Source: Selaginella moellendorffii
Taxonomy: Eukaryota > Plantae > Lycopodiophyta
Length of the DNA stretch: 64,000 nucleotides
Assembly: GCF_000143415.4 (NCBI RefSeq)
Contig: NW_003314266.1
Span: forward strand, 766,463 to 830,462
Direction: 5' to 3'
Shown here: positions 21,808 through 34,007 of the stretch, piece by piece
Position numbering within the stretch: position 1 is the stretch's first letter
How the letters are laid out: each line of letters opens with the position of its first letter
Position numbers and translations under genes: made by a program
The notes under the pieces: generated by a model
The model's database searches: none
The model's input: only the letters and a program-made list of their open reading frames with translations
What the model was told of the DNA's origin: nothing

Positions 21808-24800
21808 TGTCGCGAATGTGATTTCGGGTATCGAAAGTTACCTGTCGACCAGTCCTTACGGACACTCTTACCTTACTGCCACGATGGCAGGAGGTCGGTA
21901 TTGCTGGACCCTTTATCAGTCCCTCTTGTGCTAGTGGAGTTAACTGGGCATTTCGAGTGTACTTAGACCGGACGAGCATAAGGACGGAATTCCTACGTGT
22001 TATTAGCTAAGTATACTTAGCCCGGTAAGGAGTTCCCGTCTCATTATGTCTTGCACTAGCTAGTGACAAGAACCCTCGCGTATTGAGATTAGTCCCTCAA
22101 TATCGCTACATGATAGCTTACCGTGTCTGCCAAACACCCTCGCTATCATGCCCTTAGCGTTAATCTCAATTCGGTCCCAAATGTTATTTATGGAAAGTGT
22201 CCAAATTTGCTCATTTGGCATATCTACGGAATGTAGAGATTGGCCTGAACACAATGGTGTTTGTCCCGTGTCCAAATTCGCATTCTAGCGCCATTCCATA
22301 TTTAGTAAGTTTCGAGCTTGTCCCAAAGACTAACTCCTAATACTAAGGGAGGCTTGGGGTGAAAGCCCAAAGTGTGTGTTCCTCAAGGGGGGGGGGCTGT
22401 AGGGGGTTCCAAATGTATAGTAGGGATAGTGGGTAGGTCGGGCATGGCCGACCAACCTGAAGCATAGTCTAGCTTCTGCTTGCGTGCCTGTCCTTGTTCT
22501 GCATCCGGCTTGGGTCTAAGCCCAAGTTCCATTCCATGCTAGTTGGTGGAGTACCCATATCCTCACGTTAGGCCACCGGTATGCCGAAATAGCACCAGAC
22601 TCCGTTTGGCTCCGTTTTGTGTGCTGGTCCTAGCATTGGGATGCTGGTTACTCTAGGACTGTTCCAAGTCGCTCCGGGCTCCTGTCCCTTCGCTCCTTAG
22701 GCTTTATGCTCAGGAGTTGCTCTGTGGTTCTGTTCCATCACTCCTCGGCTCCACGCTTGGGAGTTTGGCACCGTTCCTTCGTTCAGTGGCCCAAGGCCCT
22801 GAACCTCGGGTTCCTATGGACACGTGGCATGTGACACGTGGCATCTGTCATGTGGCACAAAGAGGGTTTAGGTTCCGCTTTGTGGTGTTATCCTATGGTA
22901 GATCACCATAGGATAAAGGGTCAAAACCACGTGCACTACATTTGGTATCAGAGCATGAGTCTCGGCGAGTACTATCTAATGAGATTGGGCAACTAGTCTC
23001 GTTGCATACGCAGAGATGAAAATGATGATCCAAGTGGGTACACGTTTGGGTGCAAAGGCTTCTCAATCGTTCCTCGGGTTTGGATTTGGTTACCTTTTGT
23101 ACCGTAATAATGTGAGCATGCTCTTGGGCTCACAAGAGGGATTGAGTTGTTCCGTTCGCACGAGTTTGAGCTTGGACTCATGAGTGAGGCACGTTAGCAA
23201 CTCAAGGTTACACTTTAAGTTGGCAAGATTAATGTTAGCCTATCAGTGGTTCCATAAGTTGTTCCAGTGGTTCCATGAATTGTTCCATGTACCATGGGTG
23301 AAAGCAAACTTTCCCTGGGTTTGCTATGAGTGGCAAATAGGCTGGTCCGTAGCTGTTTAGCATGGCACTAGTAAATCCTTCTTAGGCATGATTACAAGTG
23401 GATCAAACAAGACTATAGGGATGAGTCTATTGATTCAAGTAATCATTGCTGTGCTCTCTCATAAACTTTTCTTGGATTGGACTGAAGGCAGTGCAAAAGC
23501 AAGCTTGAGGTTTAGTTAAAGATGAAACCGAAAAGAGAGTCATCAGGGACGAAGGATCAAATACGTAAATCATTTTCTCTTTTTAGGAGAGATGATTTGC
23601 AACGAGGTGTTAACTCATTGCTTGTGTTCACCTTATGCAATCAAGTGTCCCTCCCTTGATGCATATTGGAAATGATGGTCTTACAAGTGGTGAGTTATGG
23701 GATGGATAGCAGTGAAGCGCTATACCATTTTGTCTAGGCTTGTTATTGGAAGACTTGGGTTGCAATGCTCAATTCTTTTCCGGGGAACCTTGCTATTGCT
23801 CCTTGAGTAGCTTAGTGTTGGATTAGTTTTGAGTTTGGTCGGAAAGAGAGTGGCATGAGCTTGTCCGTATTGTGAACAAAAGTTAGTGGTGCTGAGTGTT
23901 GTAAATCTCTATCGGTGGAGTGTGGCATTTATGTTGCATTTTGTCAAATCAAGTTTGCACTTGATACTCACATAAACCTTTGAAGTAATGATATAGACAT
24001 TGCTCGTGGTGTTGCTCAATTGATGATCAAATCATTGTGATACTTATATCATATCCATGTGATAGTGAGCAATGTGTTTACAAAGTTGCTTGGGTAAACG
24101 ATGATCAACCCCAAAGTGGTTGATAGTGAAGCTAGTCTACTTGTATGAAGTAGCATTATAGTAGCTTTGACTAGATTCTTAATAGTGATCCATTATGCTA
24201 AGCTTAAGTTGGTTCTTTGCTCCTTGAGGGTTTGCCCATTAGGTGTTAGAAAGGGTTATAGCAATCATTTGCTTTAACTCGTCGATTGTTCCGTTAGCAC
24301 TTGGAGTAGATTATTGGATGGAGAAGGTGTGCAGTTGAGGCATTGACATCATTAGCACTTGTGTTAGTGGAGATGACATTGTTATGTTAAGTGATGAGGA
24401 ATTTTCCTTAGAGCTTGATTTTCCATGTCATTTTTCTTGTTAGTGTTTTAGCTTCACATTAGATCTTGAGAATGATTGAAGAAGAGTGTTAGTGCAATAT
24501 GGATATTTGAAGATATGGTCTTCATGATCAAGCCTTGGATGTTCACTTTGCATTTGCGGATGTCGGTGTTGGATGTCGGAAGTATGGGCAAAAAGATGTT
24601 CGAGGCTTAAGCATACTATGGGTCATGAGAATTGGTGTCAAGGTGAACCTATGTGAAGTTGTTGGTAGGAGGAAGTTGGTTGAGTCTTAAGAGTTTGCAT
24701 TCTTGGACTGAGAGTCATTCTTTCTCTGGGATGGAAAATTTTTCCACAAATTTTCTTAGACTTTTCCAATGGCTGATCTGTTGGTCACTTTGTCCGAAAA

Positions 24801-27800
24801 CCATTCCGTTTTCATGAGCCAATACAAACTAGTGAAAGGGTTAAAGTTGACTTCTGTTAGCTTAAACCTTAGTAGATAGTTTGTATAATGCGACCCGAAA
24901 GGGATGCTGACTTTTGGGGCTAAGGCAATTGAGTTGGATAGAGTCTGGAGTTGGTGTAGAAAAGTGGCCGTTGCGCTTTTCTAATAAAGGTGACCTTTGT
25001 GCCTTTCTTCTATAGCATTGTGCTTGGTGGCAGGTTGCACCTTGCATTTTGTTAGACTCTATGAGAGTAGTGAGCTCTCACTGACCTTGATTTGGTCTTA
25101 GTGGCCCTGCACCTTGGCTAAGGATGGTGATGTCCAACTTAGTTGTTTGAGTTTAAGATGTTGGTACCCATACTATAGCTTTGTCCAAGTGGAGGTTGTG
25201 TATCGATATGAATCCTTCTCATGGTCTTCACTTTAGTTTCAACTAAGTGTTGGCCATGTATAGCTAGCCTCTTCAAAGCATGCTCAGAGCTATTGACTAG
25301 ATGTGTTGGTGAGCTTATCACGGTTGAGCTGGATTCGAGTGGTCATTTAGTTTGTGCTTATCTATGAACTTTTATCTCATGCTTGGGGTATTATGTTCAT
25401 GTCAGACAAGTATATGACTCGATGACGTGAGCTTAGTGTTTGGGTCTTGTGAAAGGCAAGTTGGGAAGTGATTGTTGGTTGCTTTGCAACTAATGATTAC
25501 TTGTAGACTTTGTCAAGGACTTTTGACACTTGTTTCACTCGATGAACATTTTAGCAATGGTGGGCTTGCTCTACTGGATGGTGTTGTAGAGGATCGTGTC
25601 GTTAGACTTACATGGGTTTTCCATGTTGGCATGTCAACTTTACCTTTGTTGATATCATTTGGTTGCATTTAGTTCAAGGTATTGGATTTCATTGAGTCTT
25701 GGATGTGGTGATTCACTCCTTGAGGAAGTGTTATCTGTGACTGAGTATTGTTGAGAGATTGGTCTCGGATACTAAATAAAGTATCTCCGACTTTGGTTAG
25801 CTTGGTTTCTAGAAAGTTTTGAGTGGTGATTCACTCTTGCTTTCTACTAGCTTTGTTCTGATGTTGATGGCATTGAAGTGATGCCGAAATGAGATGTCTC
25901 TCTTTAGGATTGATATTGAGTTTCATTAGTCTTAATGAAAATAGTGTTGATGATTTGGCTTTAGCTTTATGTTGTTCGCATTCATACATTTGCTAGTTAG
26001 CAACTGCATACGTTCAAATGAACTGAGTGGCAAGTTTGAGTTAGTTGTGTTCTAGACAAGATTATTTAGTACAAGTTAAGCTTTGGCTTTTCCTTGAAAA
26101 GTGATTCAGTCGTGGACTATGCTAACTCTACAAGTGGAAGAGTTAGATCGATATTGGAATGTTTGAATCCTTATTGGATTTGAATGGGAATATATCAATC
26201 ATTGATGATTCTTCTTGTGCTTGTTATGAAGTGAGTTACGTCTTGCTATAGATGGATTCATAGAGGATCATTTAGTGATCATTTGTTGAACATAGTTTCA
26301 TTACGCTTGGTTTTTGGATTGATGCAGACATGTTCTTTATTAACTTTGGCATTATGAAGTTTAGCTTATAGATGTGTTAAGGAGAATATTGTGGGTTATA
26401 CCATGCTTTCTTCTTTGGTATTGAAGTTAGTTCATGCGAGACTCGTGATCATTATTAGGCAAGACTTAGTTATAGACTTCTTCAAGCTTGTGGTTCTTTG
26501 AGTTTTCATGCTCATTGTTCCATTTGTTAGGAGTTGTTGGGGGAAGGCATTTTGGCTCATTAGCTTCGATGTTGACGTTAGTATTTGCATCTGGCAATCA
26601 TTGGTGATGATTAATTATCATCTAAGATAGTTGATTATCCTTGTCAAGGGTTTTGCTTGGTTGTTGTTGATATAGAATGATTCGCTACTCTTTGAGATAG
26701 TGGATTCTTTCTTAGACGATGATTATGCATCTCTCTATTGATAGGATGATTGGCGATCTTTTATGGTGGTTAGTTGTTCTCTTTGATGGCTTGTGGCTTT
26801 TTGCAATAGCTGTGATTTTTTGCTCCCAGCTTTGGCTTTCGCAATACCACATGTTCTTTGTGATTTACTCTGGATTGGTCTTTTGGGTTTGAGACATCAG
26901 TAGGATGTTGCTGACACTTGCTTAGGCAACTTAAGTTCCTTGGTGTTGTTGGCTGGGATCTATTTGGATTAGCTAGTGTGATAGTTGGCATAAACGAGTG
27001 TTTGTTAGTCTTGCCACATTCATTCTATTCTGTTGATTGTTGCTCGAGTTAGTTCTGATAGATTGGAATGTTATTTCCTTCGGATGATACATTCGTAAGC
27101 AATGTGCTTGTCAGTTGATGATACTTTGTGTTCTTTGAGTTATCTTTAGTAAGTTGTTTGGCATACTATCTGCCATCTTCAGTAGTTACGTTTCATCATT
27201 AAGTTTCCTTAATGATATACTTGCTATTGAATTTTGTTGGATGGTGATTCCTATGTTTACCAATTATGATGATCTTGGTCATTCCTATACTATACTCCTA
27301 GTTTATCGGATGATAACTTATTTAGAATACTTTTGTGTTCTAATCTAAGGTGTATTCACTGATAATTAAGTCTCTAAGATATCATTGTCTATAACTTTGA
27401 TATTGTCCATTTATTGATCTTTGAGTTTGGGCCAGTATAGGCAGACTGGCTTCGGCACTTCGTGTGCATGGTGAAATCTCTAATCATGGGGTAACTACTG
27501 TCGACTGGTCACATCACCCGCCTCTTTGTCGATGTTCCTTATTCCGTTGAAAAGGCGTGACCGTGTAAACAACTCTAACTGCCTGTTTACAGTAGTCTAT
27601 CTAAACCTTACTGACGGGTTTGGTTTCTTTGCTCATGAGGGTTGGGGCCTCTGGCTTCTCTCTCTATGTCCTTGCGGGCAGGGGCGTATCACACTTTTGT
27701 AAGCTGGGTGACTCCCAGAGCAGCAAGGGTGGCTGACTCCGTTGGTCATTTCCTTGTCGGCGACGGCCAGAAGATGTATGAGCTGGTAGCACATCCGCGT

Positions 27801-29025
27801 TAGACAAAGAGGTTGCCCCCTAACTCATTTAAGTTGGTGCATTTCTCACATAGTGTGAGTACCGTGAACTTTTTCTGGAGTTTTTTCCTTGGCAGTATCC
27901 TAGACTCGAGTATGCATCGACGAGGACATCGATCTTCCCTAGGGGGGGAGAGTGTCGCAAATGTGACTTCAGGTATCGAAAGTTACCTGTCGACCAGTCC
28001 TTACAGACACTCTTACCTTACTGCCACGATGGCAGGAGGTTAGTATTGCTGGACCCTTATCAGTCCCTCTTGTGCTAGTGGAGTTAACTGGGCATTTCGA
28101 GTGTACTTAGACCGGACGAGCATAAGGACGGAATTCCTACGTGTTATTAGCTAAGCATACTTAGCCCGGTAAGGAGTTCCCGTCTCGTTATGTCTTGCAC
28201 TGGCTAGTGACAAGAACCCTCGCGTATTGAGATTAGTCCCTCAATATCGCTACATGATAGCTTACCGTGTCTGCCAAACACCCTCGCTATCATGCCCTTA
28301 GCGTTAGTCTCAATTCGGTCCCAAATGCTATTTATGGAAAGTGTCCAAATTTGCTCATTTGGCATATCTACAGAATGTAGAGATTGGCCTGAACACAATG
28401 GTGTTTGTCCCGTGTCCAAATTCGCATTCTAGCACCATTCCATATTTAGTAAGTTTCAAGCTTATCCCAGAGACTAACTAAGGGAGGCTTGGGGTGAAAG
28501 CCCAAAGCGTGTGTTCCTCAAGGGGGGGGGGGGGGCTGTAGGGGGTTCCAAATGTATAGTAGGGATAGTGGGTAGGTCGGGCATGGCTGACCAACCTGAG
28601 GCATAGTCTAGCTCCTGCTTGCGTGCCTGTCCTTGTTCTGCATCCGGCTTGGGTCTAAGCCCAAGTTCCATTCCATGCTAGTTGGTGGAGTACCCATATC
28701 CTCACGTTAGGCCACCGGTATGCCGAAATAGCACCAGACTCCGTTTGGCTCCGTTTTGTGTGCTGGTCCTAGCATTGGGATGCTGGTTACTCTAGGACTG
28801 TTCCAAGTCGCTCCGGGCTCCTGTCCCTTCGCTCCTTAGGCTTTATGCTCAGGAGTTGCTCCGTGGTTCGGTTCCATCACTCCTCGGCTCCACGCTTGGG
28901 AGTTTGGCACCGTTCCTTCGTTCAGTGGCCCAAGGCCCTGAACCTCGGGTTCCTATGGACACGTGGCATGTGACACGTGGCATCTGTCACGTGGCACAAA
29001 GAGGGTTTAGGTAGTGTTATCCTAT
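21808..29025 (+). mobile_element. Non-autonomous LTR element (LARD-like, family C); 3' LTR runs into the assembly gap
   Basis: 5' LTR 21808-22940. Perfect Met PBS TGGTATCAGAGC at 22943-22954. PPT AGGGGGGGAGAG at 27941-27952. Near-identical 3' LTR from 27953. The ~5-kb T/G-rich internal region has no recognisable coding domains. Confidence 0.9.
27429..27933 (+). ncRNA. Candidate structured RNA upstream of the PPT (copy 2)
   Basis: Homologous to 13973-14470 with stem-preserving changes. Confidence 0.6.
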
Positions 29026-29125
29026 NNNNNNNNNNNNNNNNNNNNNNNNNNNNNNNNNNNNNNNNNNNNNNNNNNNNNNNNNNNNNNNNNNNNNNNNNNN
29101 NNNNNNNNNNNNNNNNNNNNNNNNN
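29026..29125. other. Assembly gap (100 N)
   Basis: Run of N. Confidence 1.
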
Positions 29126-31465
29126 CATGACAGCATCCATAATTCTAGATGGCTTTCCTAATCAAGGTCCAACACCTCCACTATCTTCACCAACAAAGAT
29201 CCAAATACTGTTTCCATAACCATTTTACCTCCCTATCCAAGAGGTTGCTACAGAGAAAGGTGGTGAATGAAAGGTGGAAACTTTGGTGGATTTCTTGATG
29301 GTGAATTATGAGTCAGCCACGGATATACCACTCATTCTTGGATGAAGTTAGTAGGCTGCTATTCATGTTCAGACAGATTCACACAAAGGATTGTTCTTCA
29401 TATTCACTTTGCTACCTTTTCCAACAAGCAAAGCGCCCTCTCGCCATCCCCAGCCATCTCTTCAGTTGCAGCAGCTTAGAGCATCCCTAAAGTTGATGCT
29501 TTCCAATCATCTTTCTAGAGCTGATTGACAATGACTCTTTGCCGGGGATCCATGTCCTAAATTGCGCTTTTATCATGAAATATCCTTCTGTGGAGCTCAA
29601 CCATTTACTCTACAGCATGTAAACTCTCTGGGATGCAAGCACTCCTTTCCAACTAACACCACTCAGTTATGAAGACCTCTCGATAAATGCCTCACATTTG
29701 GCTGGGGAAGCCTTTCTTGGCTGTTTTGGAGGTACTAATAGTGGATCCAGACTTACTCCCACAAGAAGTAGAGCAGCTTGATGAGCAAGATTTCCACTCC
29801 CCAACACAGAAAGGCTAGATTCTAGAGGTCATGGAGAACAACAAAATGGAGCCTCTGGCTGAATCTACCTTTCCCACTAGAACTTGTCTGGAGACTCGAG
29901 CCTCTTTATTTGAGGTTGGACCCAATGCTGTCTAGGATCCTCACTTTTCATGCATTGGACATTCTGAGCATAACTACAACTTGGTGGCATTTGGAGCTAT
30001 GGCTGAGAATTCTTTTGTGGCAACTTTTCACTTATATTTTAGGTGAAATATCCACCCCACTATCTGTTCTTTCCTACTAACTCATTTGTAGGATTTCTCC
30101 ATGTGATGCCCAACATGGGCAACTTCTTCTCCCATGTTATTGGCACTAGAGCTTCATGGTGATCTCCAGGAGACTTCTACAGAGATTTTCCATCTACTAG
30201 CAGAGCCTTTTGACGTATTGCATGTAAGGTTTCTGTCTGCAAAGGCAAATACTTTGCAAAAAGCAAAAAAAGCTGGCATTTGCGTGGCATCAGTCATTTC
30301 TTCTTGCTTCAACATGGAACAATATGTCCCTTCAGCCATCTCTAGGCCCTGCTCTATCATATTCGCAGCAGCAAATGGAGCCATGTTTTAGCAATTCATC
30401 ATGACTACAGCAGCTTTCTAGGCACAACCTTACCACGTCCCCACACAGCAGGCTTACAGCCGCAGTGTGATCTCTTCAATTGTGAGTATGCCACATATTT
30501 TTTGTTGATATCACCACTTTATGCAACCACCAGATTTTGGTGAGCGACTCTTCTACTTTTCCACAATATCTTTTTCAACATCCAGAAGTCTTATACCACA
30601 ACCACATAGCAATGGCACACTTTCCTTTTGCAGGCATCTGCATCGCCTTGGTTCATCTAGCTAGTTTCAGAGCTTCTACACCCACATGAAGAAGTCTTCT
30701 TCACAGCTCTAGCAAGCATGGACTTGCTTTACCCTGTTCTCTTCCAGTAATGACTTCTTTCTCATTTGCTTTCTTCTTTTTTTTTTCTTTTCATTTTCTT
30801 TGGTTTTTTTCCTTTGTTCTTTGAAGAGGTAGTTCCTTGCTTGGATTCTAGACTTGGAACTACATTACTACGACAAGCTTTGTAATTTTTTGTTATGCTC
30901 AAAATTTCCCATCCTACATTCCTCCACTTTTACACCTTTCACAATTACCACCTTTCACTTTCTACCATATTCCACATTTAGCTTGAAATTTCTTCTCAAC
31001 AACCAGGTAAAGATTCATTATAGTATCCTATATGTCACCTCCACAATCCAGGTCAAGTTTTTTACCAGTTTTCAGATTTAGCAACAACTCTTTACGGCAC
31101 AGCAGTTACCTCTTCTACTCACAATGTAGCTGAGTCCTATTTCAACTATAGGAGCTCTTGATCACGGCATCCAGGTCTTTCTTTGGAGCAGCCTCTTACC
31201 CTACATCCACTTCTCTTAACCAGCCGTAGTGTTTTTGCAAAGGCACCAGTTTTCCTATGTACTGTTGCAATCATGCTAGCATTTCTATAAGTAAGCTAGG
31301 AGGCATCCTCTCTACAGGCATGGCTGATATGCACTTTTTCCACCTCTAATCCACCTTCACACTTTCATTTGGGCAACACTTGCCCTTTCTTCTTTTCATC
31401 TTCACTCCAAACTTTGAGCAGATTCAAGGTCTAGAGGTACTTGTGGCGTAACTTGTGGTGCAACA

Positions 31466-32035
31466 TTATATGTATGTATCAAACGCAATTATATTATACA
31501 ATACTTCTTTAATCGAATGCTCCACTGCAATGGCGGCATTGTATAATAAAATGTATACAATGCCATTGCAGTGGAGCATTCGATTAAAGAAGTATTTCCT
31601 CCATGGGATCCGGCCAACGATCTTGTAAAGCAGCAGCAGCGCCGTGCCGTCGCGGATCGCCGCTACCGCCAGGAGATTCATAAGCGCCATGGCGGTGGCC
31701 AGCTCCGCGCGATTGACGCGAAGGTCGTCCACATCGATCGAGAAGAGGGCCGCGACGATGACAAGATTGACGGGGAATATCACGAGCCACCACACGTTGT
31801 AGAGAGTGAATCCAAACCTTCTTCCCCATCCAGCTCCCAGACGAGCGTGCTGCTTCTTCTCCACGATCGCATTGAGCCGCTTCTCGATCTGGGGCGTCGT
31901 GGATTCCTCATGGAGTTCTTGGGCGGCAAACTCCATGATTCTCTCGATGGCAGTGGCAGAGCAGCAAAGCACCATATAATGCTGGAGACGCCATACCCGC
32001 TCTCCGATTCTCCCTCTCTCAATTCCATCTTGCAT
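31466..32035 (-). pseudogene. 3'-truncated membrane protein gene resembling the N-terminus of TmpA / adenylate-forming-reductase-like transmembrane oxidoreductases
   Basis: GC-rich ORF with two hydrophobic helices and the pattern FTLY...VNL...MNLLAVAAIR...LLY...HCNG, recalled as similar to FxxY..N..NLLxAxxIR..YHFGGxH. The C-terminal ~30 aa are read-through of the foldback and its flank. Confidence 0.5.
31500..31596. repeat. Near-perfect foldback: 35-bp perfect arms (31500-31534 / 31562-31596), 3-nt bulge, 8 further bp, 8-nt loop
   Basis: AATACTTCTTTAATCGAATGCTCCACTGCAATGGC and its exact reverse complement. Confidence 0.95.
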
Positions 32036-32215
32036 TTGTCATTGGAACTTTTCGTTGGACTCTAATTTTTTATATCTTTCCGAGACTTTAGATAAAGACA
32101 CAGAAGAAGTTGGAATACAACACTCCCAAGATTTTTTTAATCGCGCACAGCACTCTCTCCCACACATTAGGGCTCTTCCGCGACAATATTTAGGGTTCTT
32201 CGCAGTTTCCTCCAA

Positions 32216-33247
32216 ATGAGCTCCTTTTCTCTGGCGCAGCACCGGCGGCTGCTCCTGCTGCTACTGCGGCCGCGATCAGCGCGGGGTGTGAGCAGCTCCT
32301 GCGCTCGATTGGCCGATGACGATGAAAAGAAGGTCTCGTCGAGGCTGTTCCAGCGGCAGCAAGTGATGAATGCGAGGGAAGAGGACGCGTTGGAAGAGGC
32401 TACGGGGCCACCTCCAAAGGTTACAATGGGTGAGCGTGTTTCTCTTTTTTTTTTAAAGCATTTTTCCTTGTGTATGGTTTCTTACTCTCGCTTTGCTTCC
32501 TCTCTTCTTTTTTTTTTCTTTTCCTTTTGCGCTTGAAAGATCATGTTACGATGAGCTTCGCCAGGAGCAGCGGTGCTGGAGGCCAAAACGTGAACAAAGG
32601 TACGTGGTTTGCCAGTTTCATTGATCCTTCCCTCGTACCAAATTTTCCTGTGGCAGTGAACACCAAGGTGGACATGCGTTTCAAGGTCATGGCTGCTCAG
32701 TGGCTGCCCCTCAGAGCCAGGCTCAAGCTGCTTCAAACGGTCGGTCATGTTTAGAAAGAAGTGAGAGAGCTGTGCTCGTTTCGGCGAAACGCTTGCGAAC
32801 TCATCGTTTTTGTAGGAAAGGAACAGGATCAACAATGAGGGGGAGCTTGTTGTGACATCGACAAAGAACAGGACGCAAAAGTACGTAGTGCTTGCGTTTT
32901 TCTGACAGAGTTTCACGACGGATAATTGGCAGGGGAAACATAGAAGACGCGCTTGAAAAAATACAGGTAAGTAATTGATAAAGAAAAGGTTGTGAAGCTT
33001 AGCCATTTTTTCCAACTCTCGCAGGAGATAATTGATGAAGCATGCTATGTGCCGCCGCCTCCTTCGGAAGAGACGAAAAATCGCGTCATCAAGTTGTATG
33101 TAGTGCTGGCGATTCCTTCGTAATCCATTGTAAAGGACTGACCGCTGGTCTCTTGTGGATTCCAGAGCTGCTGCTGAAGATCAGAAAAGGCTTCAGATAA
33201 AAAAACAAATTGCCAACAAGAAATCGTCACGGAGGGAACGTTTCTAG
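32216..33247 (+). CDS. ICT1: ICT1/ArfB-like organellar peptidyl-tRNA hydrolase (RF-1 family, GGQ); 7 exons: 32216-32429, 32540-32599, 32657-32739, 32816-32880, 32933-32966, 33025-33095, 33166-33247
   Basis: Spliced product contains HVTMSFARSSGAGGQNVNKVNTKVDMRF..NRINNEGELVVTSTKNRTQKGNIEDALEKIQEII..basic tail KRLQIKKQIANKKSSRR. Arg/Leu/Ser-rich transit-like N-terminus. All introns GT-AG. Confidence 0.93.
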
Positions 33248-33594
33248 ATCGAGGTACAAACCAGTAGAGAGACAGATAGAGAGCGTGTGTAATTACGGTA
33301 TGTAGAACAAAAGTCTTTTTTCTACAGAACGTGCAAGCTTCACTAAAAATCTATGGTACTCTCAGCAATCAGTCCCTTCCGTGGATACATTCAACAACGG
33401 GGTAAAAGCTCTTAGCTCCACTCGCAGCTATCAATGTCTTGCTTATTCCAAGGGAAAGTTTCGAGTTCGATGTGCTAATATGGACTCCGGACAGTGCCGC
33501 CAGATCCCACATCTGGGTGTCTCTCCGGATGGAGCTCTTCATGAAGGTGGGCATTGTGATTTCTCATTGTCTGTATACCCCACTAAACTGTTTC

Positions 33595-33790
33595 ACTTGA
33601 AGATAGAAATGCAGGTAAATAATCGATGAGAGGTTTTGAAGCTAGCCAACTTTGTTCACTTTGCAGGAGATAATTGAAGAAGCATTTCTATGTTTCATAA
33701 AGGCCATTGCCGTGGTGCTGTTTGGCACTGCAGAAGGTCTGGAATTGTTAACAGTCAAATTGAGGTATGCGATACAAGAGTGATTACTGC
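33595..33790 (+). pseudogene. Relic duplicate of ICT1 exon5-intron5-exon6 plus flank; related copies at ~60722-60890 and ~63905-63980
   Basis: CAGGTAAATAATCGATG..TGAAGCTAGCCA..GCAGGAGATAATTGAAGAAGCAT aligns with 32964-33043 (CAGGTAAGTAATTGATA..TGAAGCTTAGCCA..GCAGGAGATAATTGATGAAGCAT). Confidence 0.7.
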
Positions 33791-34007
33791 TGTCTCTGGA
33801 GTGTTGCATTGGGGAATAATTGTTCGTGCATTTTGTTTCCTTATACATTCCATACTTTTAGTGGTTGTTCATATTTCGATTTCGTTACACCTTGTGTGCA
33901 CAGACTTGAAATACACAGGAACGCAAACTGGCGCAGTAATCCATGCCCTCTCTCCATTTGGCGGTCTTGTCAAAGAACAAAGTGGCCTCTAACTGGCTGT
34001 GGCAAGG

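Noticed and set aside
29126-31460. Coding-like decayed sequence after the gap
   Set aside because: No recognisable motif and all frames are interrupted; possibly a TE remnant, needs BLASTX.
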